From Eledone cirrhosa (taxonomy: Eukaryota): a stretch of 64,000 nt of DNA. Below are positions 11,029-23,320 of this stretch, in pieces. Positions within the stretch are counted from its first letter, which is position 1. Each line of letters opens with the position of its first letter. Location of the stretch: assembly GCA_964016885.1 (NCBI GenBank), contig OZ024745.1, forward strand, positions 63,302,001-63,366,000, written 5' to 3'. A program made the position numbers and the translations under genes. A model generated the notes under the pieces. That model did not search any database and was not told the origin of the DNA. It saw only the letters and a program-made list of their open reading frames with translations.

Positions 11029-13199
11029 GTGTGTGCGTATGTGTGTGTCTGTGTGTATCCGTATGTGGTTGATGGCTGAAAGAGAGGAGTACTCAATACC
11101 AAAGTAGAGTTTTACAATGTTTGTATATTAAGGCTAAAAATTGAGTCACAGGTTCATCGGACAAGAACTAAGGTTTCAATGGCAGACACAGTATAAGGAA
11201 GACTTGGAGTGGGGGAAGGAGGATTTAGTTATATGTTTTTGATTATGTAATGTTTAACAACTCATTTGTTCCTTCTCAAAACTGATTACGCCACCACTGC
11301 ATTTGCATAATTTTGCACAGGTCATAATTGTCTTTTAACTCACCGTACGAGTACTTCAGAGCTATTTTTCAGTTCCTATGACTTTTGTACTCTGGATAGT
11401 AAAACAGCTTCCCTCTATTCATAAGAGAATTCTGGTATGTGAGGATTACTCAATAAAAAAAGAAGGTCTACCTAATCTGTATTTTGTGACTAAACATTAA
11501 TTTGAAAACATTTCATAAGCCTTTCATAGAAAGCGAAACATAGTTGCTTTTTAATTTCTTATTGCATAGATCGATGTTTCCACTTTGCTATAAGTGTGAT
11601 AAAAATTGTGCATATTATAGCGTTAAAACCTTATCATATTCTACGCATTAATGTAATTGTTTGCAATGCGATTAGATTAACGAACCAATACACCATACAC
11701 TCATTCATTTATTCCGCTACGATTACGAACAATGATAAGCAAAACGACCGAAATTTTGGGTTTTGCCAATAAATAGAACATCTATAGGACGCAAGCAGTA
11801 CGAAAGATTTGTTTATCTCTATGCCACACTTCATTGATACGAAATTAATATGGTAATACATTTCTATTTTACTATCTATTAAAAATATCATATGAACATG
11901 TACGACTTTATAATTTACTATCAATAATATAGATATTCCTCAAGATATGATACATTTCTTTATAAAATTAAATTCAAAAATACTTTCCGTCTCATATTTA
12001 TAGAAGCATTCTCAAAATAGGCTAGAAGAGAACGATTTTAGTTAAGATCAGTATTTGCTATATCTGAAGGCATTTTTTAGTTGCTTCTTTTCAAGAAAGT
12101 ACCATATTCACAGGCTATCATATGTTATTTTAATCCTAAAAAAATCTAATTAGGAAATTTGAACATGTCTGATTTTAATTTATTTTGCCGGTTTTTAGTA
12201 ATTTAAAAATAGTTAAGTTATTTTTATTTAGTTTCGAAACAAATATTTACGTAATATTACAGACGCAATCAACATGGAAAAATCATTGAAATTATCATGA
12301 TTTAAAGTTATTGATTTTTTTGAATAGTTAAATTAATGCAGAAGAAATATTATAGTTCGATAGTCTCAAAACTGTTGCGATATTTAATAGGACATTAAAT
12401 TTAATAAATTAAAGAATATCACAGCGAATGGTCATGTGTTTAGACTAAAGCAGTTCATTGGTAATTTTAATTAAAAAGGCTGTTTAAGTCTTCGTTTAGT
12501 TTCGCTAACGATCACTCTTTATCAACATACAGGCTCGTCGTTGCAGCGGTGATCATCCAATATATGTATGCAGATATAGGATCATATGATGTATAAACAT
12601 GCTTCTATTTTTTTTTAAATAGTAGCTTGTGATAGAGTAAAGGCTCTGTGTGGTTCTACTCCTCGACAGTTTTATTTCAGTGACAGCGTCCTCGCAAATG
12701 TAAGAAAGGAAATAATATAATATACATCGAAGAAAACAAACAAGTATAGTACATAATAGGAATGATTTTAGTAACTTTATCTCAATAAATACATGAGTAT
12801 ATTAGCATGACCGCAAAACACCAGAAAAAGTCGAATTGAGATCAATGACAAGAAAAGGGAGAAATGTCTTAAAAGGATGTGTGAAGTATATGGAAATGAA
12901 ATTAGTTAAAAAATGACATGCAGTTGATTTAGTAAAACAGAATATATATGGCCATAATCGATGGATAAAACGTTTCAAGCTTATTAGCCAAGGAATCAAG
13001 CATGGCTAGGTTGCCAGAAAGCTTCAAACTGAGAGTAATCTAGATAAGTAAAGTAGTCATGGACCAATTACCAGTATTCAGTCTCTCACCTTAAAGGATA
13101 AACTGATGAGGAGATAAAAACAAAATGCCTAATGCACAAAAGAAAATAAGATGCAGGCAATATAATTAGGTGTAACACGAGATGCAGAGTTCGCGGAAT

Positions 13200-13680
13200 A
13201 AAAGTCATAAATACCTGTCCAAGGATGCCAGTAAGACACTATCCAACTATGGGCATGATGTAATAGCCAAACGCTTATACAATGCAATCCGTGCAGAGTA
13301 TAAACGTATGAAATGTTAGTGATATGGAGGACATATGCATACATAATATGAAATATTATAGGTTGAATGTTGCAGTCAAAACTCCAACAAATTGCATACA
13401 TAACAGAGTAGACATACTTATCTGGGACATAGAACAGAAGACATGTACAGCTGTAGAAATTAGCTGCCAGTGAGATGTGAATATAATGCTAAGGATTAAT
13501 AAAACGCAGATGTATGCTGCAGATAATACACCCTTACTATAATTTCAGGTTTCTACATTTTATAATTGGGGTGCTGTTTATAATATGAACTCCCTCAGTA
13601 TTATTCCTGAGAAGCTGGGCTTCACAGTACCAAAATGAGCGCTGCTGTTTGCAAGTATAGTTTATTAATGGAACTAAAAA
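13200..13680 (+). pseudogene. Ancient relic of an RLE-type (R4/Dong-like) retrotransposon C-terminus
   Basis: Broken frames give HDVIA, HNRVDILIWDIEQKTCTAVEISC and FIIGVL, matching the RHD / RPDL..D / IVIGAL motifs of A and B. Confidence 0.6.
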
Positions 13681-13943
13681 AATATGTAAAACATTTCACA
13701 AATGTAGCATGTAATAACTTCATGTACTCATGTATTGATACAGAAACATATGCCCATATACACCTATATCTCAACACATACACATTCACATAATCAATAA
13801 CACCCATACCTGTACAAACGCCCACACATATGCATGCATACATACATACATACATACATACATACATACATACATACATACATACATACATACATACATT
13901 CTAAATTCCGGTGAAAGAATCTTGGCTCTATGCTAGAAATCAA

Positions 13944-14016
<73 letters not shown>

Positions 14017-14502
14017 AACTTTATAGAATAATAAAACCAGAAAAACATACATACATACAAGCAAACATAGATACATATATACATAAATGCATACATAATT
14101 ATACACAGATTTAGTAGCAACCAATCATTGATATTTGTTTACTTCACAGAGATTACTAACTTGTGTGTCGCATGACTTCGTGAAATCTATATTCAAACTC
14201 AGACTCATTCTTATATACATGTATGTCTTGATATTTCAATATATCTATGAATAGTGTCGTGCTGTTCGTATTTATAGTGTATGCAAAAAGCATATTTTTG
14301 TATCTGTGACTGACAGGCATCACGAATTACATTTAACGTTTGTAAAATCAAGCTCGACAGCCAGTTAATCAATAAATTATAAAATGATACGTTATAAAAC
14401 GAAACCTACATTCTGTTCATAATGATTTGAATGTGTCCTCAAACTATTACACATTCTACCCAATAAAATATATTATATCAGTGTATAGTATAAATATTTA
14501 TG

Positions 14503-14650
14503 CGCAGATATGATTGTGTTGTCAAGAAATTTACTTCGTCGTCATGTAAACCAAGCTTCGATCTCAGTGTACAGAGCCTCGGGTAAAGGAACTCTACTAC
14601 AGCCTATAGTCGATTGAAACCTTGTGGAAATATTATGCCAGATGAAGATT
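14503..14650 (+). mobile_element. Highly decayed SINE of a second octopod family
   Basis: Recognisable from memory as a diverged form of gtgtggtaagaag...ccttgggcaagtgtcttctactatagcc...gccttgtg; not verified by alignment. Confidence 0.35.
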
Positions 14651-16332
14651 CTCATAAAGTTTATATATGAAGACTAGGAATCTCTTGCTCCACTAAACAA
14701 AATACTTCATTGGATGGCGGTTGCCTTTCTTGAGTTCCTCCACCCTTTGACGTTTTTTTTCATCCCGCATGGTATCCAAAATCACCATCATCACCAAGCT
14801 AGCCTAGTGGGGTTGCCACATTCTTCCTTTATCCTGCAAAATCACTCCGGTTTCTCTCTGCGTATTGTTTTATTTTCTTGAAGCTATTTTTAATTCATGG
14901 AAGGGCCGCAAAAATAACTAATCTTAACGGGGTGTCTAATGCGAGTAGTGAAATATATGTGGTTATGTTTCAAGAAAAGATTAAACAAACATTTTACTCA
15001 CATTTCTAGTAATTTAGACACAATGAGAAGATGACAGCCTCAGTTTTTTTTTTTTTTTTTTTTTTGGCATTTCGAGTATTGCTGGACTGTCAGATGAATT
15101 CTACATTTAATAAAATAGAGAATTCATAAAAAGATCTATACAATATACCAATTGTTCAACGTGGTTTATTCTTTGAAATAACAAATAATCTCCAAGAATC
15201 ATCTAATGAATATTTGTACTCTAAATACGAGATTTTTAAGAACTCTTTACTTCTTGGAAAAAGGTCCACAATGTCTTTCGTAGTCTGTTAGAGTAGCTAC
15301 TATAACAGTTAAGGCAGCGTGACGTTCAAACTGTTAGGTTAAAATTGGCGAGAAGATGCCTAAAATGAAACCACAACCCTCAACTAACGAAACACTCAAC
15401 TGTACACATCGGAAGGTATAATTGATAACTGACTGATACATTTCAAAAGCCCGGTACAATGCAGTAGAAATAAATAAAGGGCAAACGATGAGAAATAAAA
15501 CATATAAGTGGATGAAACCTAAATCTTAACTTAGAAATGCAGGAAACTGCAGCAAATTTCTCTTAAAATCTCTTTGATCTCATACATTCTCATCGACTTT
15601 TATCATACTCACACATACACATACACATACACAAACATACACATACATACACCGACATATATTAGGTGTATATATACCTATATATATAGATATACATGTA
15701 TATATGATTGTGTATATATATATACATAGATGTATGTATACCTGTGTGGGTGTGTTTGCTGATGTAAAGAGCTAGGATATAACTCATTTTCCGAGTTTAA
15801 TGAAGCAAAATTAATGTCGTTTAAGATTTACTATGTGAAAATGATGTACTTGAAAGAGGCTACTACGTGAAATTAATGTGTAATCATAGCGACATTTTAC
15901 TCTGAAGATGGAAACGATTGTATATCTTGTTTCATTTCTCATCTTATGATTTGAGTCTGGCAATAAAAGTAAAGTTTATTAATTTCAATCATTTAAAGTC
16001 ATTTTAAATCACTTCATATAAACACCATTAAAATTAATTTAAATACCCTACTCGTATCTTTTGCGGGGTAACGTGCAGATCTCTACACGCAAAGATGTAA
16101 AATACTTTGAGAGTTATTTCTGAAGAATCGTTGAAATATATACACCAGATTCTGAAATTAATTTCCGGACCAACAGTATTCAAAGTTATTAAAGTGGACG
16201 GTCTTTCCAAATAGTCACTGTCGTCGCTAAATTGACTTTATTCTATGTCAGAATAATATGACTCTCTGTTTTCCTCATTCAATTCTACGTTCTCATCATC
16301 ATTTATCATATTTCTTCTTCTTCTTCTTCTTC

Positions 16333-16367
<35 letters not shown>

Positions 16368-16382
16368 GTTGTTATTGTTATT

Positions 16383-19300
16383 CCTTGAATCTCAGTCATT
16401 GATGTTGGTTAACTGGAAAGTCCGTTGGATTGAATATCAAGCCACTACCTGCAGCCTCAGATATCCAGGACGTATCGGAGGGTTCTTGCTGTTCCAAGCA
16501 AGCATGCCTTTTGAAGCGTTCCAAAAAGCGTGAAGAGGCCGATTTTCTTTAACCATCCCTGGAAACTTTTGGAGATAATCCCCAGTGCGCCTATGACAAT
16601 CGGGATCACTTTGACTTCATGGCAGTTCCAAATCCTTTTCACCTCCCACTTTAGGTCCTGGTATCGGTTAATTTTCTCCCTCTCCTTCTCTTGCACTCTC
16701 GTGTCGAACGGGCAGGCCACATCCACAATCAGGCACGATCTTTTTTCTTTGTCCACAACCACCAGGTCAGGTCTATTGTGTTCCAGTTTTTTGTCCGTCT
16801 GTATCCTAAAATCCCACAGCACCTTCACCTGATTGTTCTCCATCACCGCCTCTGGCCTATGCTCATACCATTTCTCAGAATGTGGTAGATTGTTTACTTT
16901 GCACAGGTGCCAGTGGATCACCCTGCCCATCACATCGTGTCTCCAGCCCTTATAGTGGGTCTGGGCTAGGTGTTTACACTCGGACACAATGTGAGCCACA
17001 GTCTCCTCTCTCTCTCCACAGATCCTGCACAGTGGGCTAGCCTCCTCCTTGTAGATATGGTGCTTCAACCACTTCGTTTTGAGGGCCTGCTCCTGCGCAG
17101 CCATTAGCATTCCTTCTGTAGCCTTTTTGAGGTCTCCTCTTCTCAACCAGTTCCATGTCTGTGGATATCTAAATTCAGTTTTCTCAAAGAAGGTACTATG
17201 AAGGGGTTTTCCCTTAAGGCTGCTCTTCCTCCTTGATGTTATTTCCTCCCTGGACATCCCCTGGCCTACTGTCCCCTCCTTCAGTACAGTTCTGAGCATT
17301 GGCTCCTTACTATAGGTCACGTATTTGTATAGGTTGTTTTTCTCCATCTGAACACAGTCCTCTATGCTGATAAGACCTCTTCCACCCTCAGATCTCCTTA
17401 GGTAGAGTCTATCGACATCACTCCTCTTGTGGAACATGTTGTAGATAGTCAATAGCTTCCTAGTCTTCCTATCCATTTCTTTCTGTTCAGCAACATTCCA
17501 TCTCAGAATTCCCACAGCTCGGGAATTTACTGCGCTTATGGCATTTCTGCTGTTCAGATGTGACTTCAATACGCTCCTTACTCTCCGAATGTATTCAGTT
17601 CTTAACAATTCCTTCATTTTTTTGTTCTTTATGCCATCAGCCTCCAGAACGCCCAAATACTTGTATCCTTCCTCAGAGTCAATTTCCTTTATCATCTCAC
17701 CTGTTGGTATCTGGATCCCGTTACTTCTGCTCAACCTACCCCTCTTCATCACAATGACTCCACATTTACCAATACCAAACTGCATACATATATCACTGCT
17801 GAAAATACGGACAGTGTCAACAAGCACATCCAACTCCTTCTCACTTTTCCCGAAGAGCTTAAGATCGTCCATGAAGAGGAGGTGATTGATGGTAAGCTCT
17901 CCCCTTCCCAACTTGTATCCTGCTCTCACTTTTCGCAGCATAATGGTCAAGGGCATCAGGGCAAGGACAAACAACAGAGGGGACAGGCTATCTCCCTGGA
18001 AGATACCTCTCTTGATCTTCACGCTTCCCAAGGATACTCCAGTTGATGTCAACTCTGTCTCCCAGGACCCCATACGCCTGCCTAGCAACTGTCTGATGTT
18101 ATCTGCCACCCTGAAGATCTCCAGGCTTTTGGTGATCCAGGAATGAGGCACCATGTCAAATGCCTTTCTGTAGTCTATCCATCCCATGGCAAGATCAGTG
18201 TGTCTCCTCCTGCAATTCCCCATTACCATCTTATCAATAAGCAACTGGTCCTTTGTACCACGTGACTTCTTTCGGCATCCTTTCTGTTCGTCCGGTAACA
18301 AGTTGTTTGTGTGGAGGTGATGGTAGATTTCCTCAGACACAATGCTCGTCAACAGTTTCCACATTACGGGCAGACATGTGATAGGTCTATAGTTGGTAGC
18401 ATCATTACCCTTGATTCGGTCTTTCATTATCAGAACTGTGGTACCTTTTGTCAACCACTCTGGCACCTCACCCGACACCAAGCAGTCATTGAACATGGCC
18501 GTCAGCTTCGGGTGGAGGGATGTTAGATGTTTAATCCAATACCCCTGCACACCATCTGGGCCTGGTGATTTCCAGTTGGTTAGTTTTTTGGCTTGCCCCT
18601 TAAGAGTTTCAACTGTGATACTCAAATCAGTCTGTTGCTGTGCCTGCTCACCGATCTCCCTCTGTACTGTCTCAATCCACCCTGCCTGGGCATTGTGTCT
18701 AACATCCTGCTCCCATATTCCTCTCCAGAATGTTTTAGTTTGCTCCGCCCCAGGGATCAAGTCGTTGCCTCTTTCTTTGCCCTCAAGCTGTCCAAACAGC
18801 ATCTTCTGGTTGTTGTCGAACATGCGGTTCTGTTTATACTGACTGACTCTGTTCTCGTATCGCCTGATTTTTGCACTCTTTGCTACAATGCGTTGCTTCA
18901 ATTCCTCTATGATAATATTTAGCTTTTTACTCCTAGTTTTGTATTTTATTTCCAGTCTATTTTTAGTGCCTATGTTTTTTAGTGTCCCATTCAGTAGTGA
19001 CTCAAGCTTTCCTATGTCATTTCTCATTTCCCCGATTTGCCCACTCAGTCGCTTCTTCCACCACGGCTCTGCTCTTTCTTGTCTGTTGTTTCCTCTCGCT
19101 TTTATACCAAGTAGTTTCCTCACCGTATTTGCTGTTGCTCTGAGGATATTGTTGCACTGGTGAAGGCTCCTCGCCTCAAGGTATGGGATGACTTTGTTTA
19201 CCTTAGCTGTTGTTTCTTTTAACTTTTTCCTGACTACAAATCTTAGGTTCATAGGTCTCCCACTATCATTGTTCAATTCATCTACCACTAAATTTAGGAT

Positions 19301-19990
19301 GTCAACCGAATCTTGTCCTAGCCCGTCAGCATTCATCTCCTCAGTGGCCGTATCTCTGTTCCAGGTATTATTTATCTCAGTACTCAGATCATTGTCTGCT
19401 TCGGGTGGTTCCTCCGTTCTCAGGTCCTCCTCACCTTCATTTCCCACCGGCTCGCTTGTCTGGCATACTACACCCGCCATCTCCAAGCCATTCTCTCTGC
19501 TCAGTTCCTCCAGTTCCAGCTCGCTTATCCACCCATTAGTTCTTATTACCCGAGCCTGCCCGGCCAATTTTTGTTCATCTAATTTAAATAAACCAATCTC
19601 GTTCCAGATGTTATGCATCCGTCTCCTGTAGCCCCTCTCCTTGGGGTTACTTTTCAGGTAGCATTGCATAACAGTTCTATTCAATTCTTTCGTCCAGTTG
19701 GTTCTGGCCCCTTTCCTTCTTCTCCTTCCTCCAACATCAGCAGTATTTGGTTGACAGTCAGGTTCCTGCTGCTGAGCCAGGGGGCACCTGTTGGGTGAGA
19801 GTCTGTCACATGACGTTCTAGTCTCCATTTCACCGTTATTTGAACTGTTTATGTTCGATATTTAAACACTCTTATCGAGGATTGGCGAATGTATGTTTAC
19901 ATAGCCATCTGTGGATCCGCCATCCCACTTGGCCCTTGTGTGGCATTATCACCACGCTGTATACGAACACACATAAACAAACAAACACAC
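16383..19990 (-). mobile_element. Dong/R4-clade non-LTR retrotransposon family A, full-length copy (A1)
   Basis: Single ORF, 74-nt 3' UTR ending in (TAA)n (16333-16382); 5' boundary approximate. Confidence 0.93.
16457..19828 (-). CDS. RT + CCHC zinc finger + restriction-like endonuclease polyprotein (1123 aa, uninterrupted)
   Basis: Myb-like N-terminus (RTNWTKELN), KSPGPDG, YRPITCL, DYRKAFD, QGDSLSPLLF, FMDD, YKYLG, CRIC-x8-H-x4-C, RHD, RPDLVV..DVACP..KINRY. Confidence 0.95.
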   Translation of the reverse strand: METRTSCDRLSPNRCPLAQQQEPDCQPNTADVGGRRRRKGARTNWTKELNRTVMQCYLKSNPKERGYRRRMHNIWNEIGLFKLDEQKLAGQARVIRTNGWISELELEELSRENGLEMAGVVCQTSEPVGNEGEEDLRTEEPPEADNDLSTEINNTWNRDTATEEMNADGLGQDSVDILNLVVDELNNDSGRPMNLRFVVRKKLKETTAKVNKVIPYLEARSLHQCNNILRATANTVRKLLGIKARGNNRQERAEPWWKKRLSGQIGEMRNDIGKLESLLNGTLKNIGTKNRLEIKYKTRSKKLNIIIEELKQRIVAKSAKIRRYENRVSQYKQNRMFDNNQKMLFGQLEGKERGNDLIPGAEQTKTFWRGIWEQDVRHNAQAGWIETVQREIGEQAQQQTDLSITVETLKGQAKKLTNWKSPGPDGVQGYWIKHLTSLHPKLTAMFNDCLVSGEVPEWLTKGTTVLIMKDRIKGNDATNYRPITCLPVMWKLLTSIVSEEIYHHLHTNNLLPDEQKGCRKKSRGTKDQLLIDKMVMGNCRRRHTDLAMGWIDYRKAFDMVPHSWITKSLEIFRVADNIRQLLGRRMGSWETELTSTGVSLGSVKIKRGIFQGDSLSPLLFVLALMPLTIMLRKVRAGYKLGRGELTINHLLFMDDLKLFGKSEKELDVLVDTVRIFSSDICMQFGIGKCGVIVMKRGRLSRSNGIQIPTGEMIKEIDSEEGYKYLGVLEADGIKNKKMKELLRTEYIRRVRSVLKSHLNSRNAISAVNSRAVGILRWNVAEQKEMDRKTRKLLTIYNMFHKRSDVDRLYLRRSEGGRGLISIEDCVQMEKNNLYKYVTYSKEPMLRTVLKEGTVGQGMSREEITSRRKSSLKGKPLHSTFFEKTEFRYPQTWNWLRRGDLKKATEGMLMAAQEQALKTKWLKHHIYKEEASPLCRICGEREETVAHIVSECKHLAQTHYKGWRHDVMGRVIHWHLCKVNNLPHSEKWYEHRPEAVMENNQVKVLWDFRIQTDKKLEHNRPDLVVVDKEKRSCLIVDVACPFDTRVQEKEREKINRYQDLKWEVKRIWNCHEVKVIPIVIGALGIISKSFQGWLKKIGLFTLFGTLQKACLLGTARTLRYVLDI

Positions 19991-20249
19991 AGGCAGAAAG
20001 GGCCCCAAAAATGAATAAGCATAAGTTTCATTGTAATGTAGTGTTCGAATGTCTGACTTAGTTTTAGTTTTTTAAGTTTTACTTTTCCCCCCCTCTTCTC
20101 TGTCCGTCCGCCTGCTTCTCTCTTCATTCTTATTTTCTTTACGTTTTTGGGGTTTCTTTTTTTTTGTTTTTGTTTTTCTCTGTTTGTTTTTCTCGTTTTT
20201 TGCTGTTGTTGCTGTGCTGCTTTGGTTTTGTTGTTTGTTTTTTCTTTTT

Positions 20250-20895
20250 TCTTTTGGGTCTATCTATATATTTTGATGCCTTCCTCTTTGTTAGTAGTAG
20301 GAATTCTATAATGTGGAAGTAGCAGCCAGCAGGGAAGTGGGAGACTGGCGGCGCTAGCGATACTGAGACAGTGGTGGTGGTGATGTCGATACCGAGGCAG
20401 TGGTGGCGGTGATGTGACCGTATTACTGTAGTGATGGTGCTGTAGCGGAGTCAAGGGGTGGTGGCGGCGGTGATGGGATAGTGGTGGTAATGATGGCCGT
20501 AGTGAGCGGTGGCGGTGAAGGTGAAAATGTGTCGTTATCTGGCTGTTGTGTTTAGTGTACACAGATGATGGGGTGGGTGGTGTATCTAGTTTCTGGTGTT
20601 GGTGAGTTTAGCTGTCCTATATAGTGTAGCCAGAGGAGAGGAGGGGAGGGGTTCTTCTTCCATTTATAGCCATTTTTTTTTTTTGGATATACAGTGTACA
20701 ATACAAAGTTGAATATTTGAATATTTGAGCCTTATAACAATATATTTTGGGTCCGAATTTTTTGGGGCTCAAGCCGGGTGCTTTACGTAGCATTTGTACT
20801 AAGAGTTGTTATTTCACAAATGATTTAAATATGTTAAAAATTCAAAACTTACGGGAGCGATTTCATGACCTCCGTCACCTCGTGCGTCTTCTTCC

Positions 20896-20896
<1 letters not shown>
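20250..20896 (-). other. Leader segment D, copy 1 (unknown origin)
   Basis: Homologous to ~35425-36105; right end ...cgtgcgtcttcttccc fused to (ATT)n; minus strand resembles a 5' UTR followed by T/P/S-rich coding-like sequence. Strand is inferred. Confidence 0.7.
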
Positions 20897-20934
<38 letters not shown>

Positions 20935-20959
20935 CATTATTATTATTATTATTATTATA

Positions 20960-20995
<36 letters not shown>

Positions 20996-21007
20996 AATGA
21001 ATAAAGG

Positions 21008-21076
21008 GGTCGATAAAATAAAGTACCAGTAATGCACTGGGTAATTGCTGGCCTTGTGCCTAAAGTAGAAACAATT
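21008..21076 (+). mobile_element. SINE 3' fragment whose tail runs into (ATT)n
   Basis: gggtcgataaaataaagtaccag...gtgcctaaagtagaaacaattattatt. Confidence 0.85.
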
Positions 21077-21100
21077 ATTATTATTATTATTATTATTATT

Positions 21101-21353
21101 CCTTGAATCTCAGTCATTGATGTTGGTTAACTGGAAAGTCCGTTGGAATGAATATCAAGCCACTACCTGCAGCCTCAGATATTCAGGACGTATCGGAGGG
21201 TTCTTGCTGTTCCCAGCAAGCATGCCTTTTGAAGCGGTCCCAAAAGCGTGAAGGGGCCGATTTTCTTTAACCATCCCTGGAAACTTTTGGAGATAGTCCC
21301 CAGTGCGCCTATGACAATCGGGATCACTTTGACTTCATGGCATTTCCAAATCC

Positions 21354-21354
<1 letters not shown>
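21101..21354 (-). mobile_element. Dong family A, 254-bp 3' fragment
   Basis: Matches 16383-16636; (TTA)n on both sides. Confidence 0.93.
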
Positions 21355-21387
<33 letters not shown>

Positions 21388-21396
21388 GTTGTTATT

Positions 21397-23306
21397 CCTT
21401 GAATCTCAGTCATTGATGTTGGTTAACTGGAAAGTCCGTTAGAATGAATATCAAGCCACTACCTGCAGCCTCAGATATTCAGGACGTATCGGAGGGTTCT
21501 TGCTGTTCCAAGCAAGCATGCCTTTTGAAGCGTTCCAAAAAGCGTGAAGGGGCCGATTTTCTTTAACCATCCCTGGAAACTTTTGGAGAAGTCCCCAGCG
21601 CGCCTATGACAATCGGGATCACTTTGACTTCATGGCAGTTCCAAATCCTTTTCACCTCCCACTTTAGGCCCTGGTATCGGTTAATTTTCTCCCTCTCCTT
21701 CTCTTGCACTCTCGTGTCGAAAGGGCAGGCCACATCCACAATCAGACACGATCTTTTTTCTTTGTCCACAACCACCAGGTCAGGTCTATTGTGTTCCAGT
21801 TTTTTGTCCGTCTGTATCCTAAAATCCCACAGCACCTTCACCTGATTGTTCTCCATCACCGCCTCTGGCCTATGCTCATACCATTTCTCAGAATGTGGTA
21901 AATTGTTTACTTTGCACAGGTGCCAGTGGATCACCCTGCCCATCACATCGTGTCTCCAGCCCTTATAGTGGGTCTGGGCTAGGTGTTTACACTCGGACAC
22001 AATGTGAGCCACAGCCTCCTCTCTCTCTCCACAGATCCTGCACAGTGGGCTAGCCTCCTCCTTGTAAATATGGTGCTTCAACCACTTCGTTTTGAGGGCC
22101 TGCTCCTGCGCAGCCATTAGCATTCCTTCTGTAGCCTTTTTGAGGTCTCCTCTTCTCAACCAGTTCCATGTCTGTGGATCTCTAAATTCAGTTTTCTCAA
22201 AGAAGGTACTATGAAGGGATTTTCCCTTAAGGCTTCTCTTCCTCCTTGATGTTATTTCCTCCTTGGACATCCCCTGGCCTACTGTCCCCTCCTTCAGTAC
22301 AGTTCTGAGCATTGGCTCCTTACTATAGGTCACGTATTTGTATAGGTTGTTTTTCTCCATCTAAACACAGTCCTCTATGCTGATAAGACCTCTTCCACCC
22401 TCAGATCTCCTTAGGTAGAGTCTATCGACATCACTCCTCTTGTGGAACATGTTGTAGATAGTCAATAGCTTCCTAGTCTTCCTATCCATTTCTTTTTGTT
22501 CAGCAACATTCCATCTCAGAATTCCCGCACCGTACCTAATAATAGACACAGCTCGGGAATTTACTGCGCTTATGGCATTTCTGCTGTTCAGATGTGACTT
22601 CAATACGCTCCTTACTCTCCGAATGTATTCAGTTCTTAACAATTCCTTCATTTTTTTGTTCTTTATGCCATCAGCCTCCAGAACGCCCAAATACTTGTAT
22701 CCTTCCTCAGAGTCAATTTCCTTTATCATCTCACCTGTTGGTATCTGGATCCCGTTATTTCTGCTCAACCTACCCCTCCTCATCACAATGACTCCACATT
22801 TACTAATACCAAACTGCATACATATATCACTGCTGAAAATACGGACAGTGTCAACAAGCACATCCAACTCCTTCTCACTTTTCCCGAAGAGCTTAAGATC
22901 GTCCATGAAGAGGAGGTGATTGATTGTAAGCTCTCCCTTTCCCAACTTGTATCCTGCTCTCACTTTTCGCAGCATAATGGTCATGGGCATCAGGGCAAGG
23001 ACAAACAACAGAGGGGACAGGCTATCTCCCTGGAAGATACCTCTCTTGATCTTCACGCTTCCCAAGGATACTCCAGTTGATGTCAACTCTGTCTCCCAGG
23101 ACCCTATACTCCTGCCCAGCAACTGTCTGATGTTATCTGCCACCCTGAAGATCTCCAGGCTTTTGGTGATCCAAGAATGAGGCACCATGTCAAATGCCTT
23201 TCTCTAGTCTATCCATCCCATGGCAAGATCAGTGTGTCTCCTCCTGCAATTCCCCATTACCATCTTATCAATAAGTAACTGGTCCTTTGTACCACGTGAC
23301 TTCTTT
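21397..23306 (-). mobile_element. Dong family A, 5'-truncated copy (A2)
   Basis: Near-identical to A1 16383-18271; premature TAG at 22361-22363 and a frameshift near the C-terminus; (TTA)n on both sides. Confidence 0.95.
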
Positions 23307-23320
23307 ATTATTATTATTAT

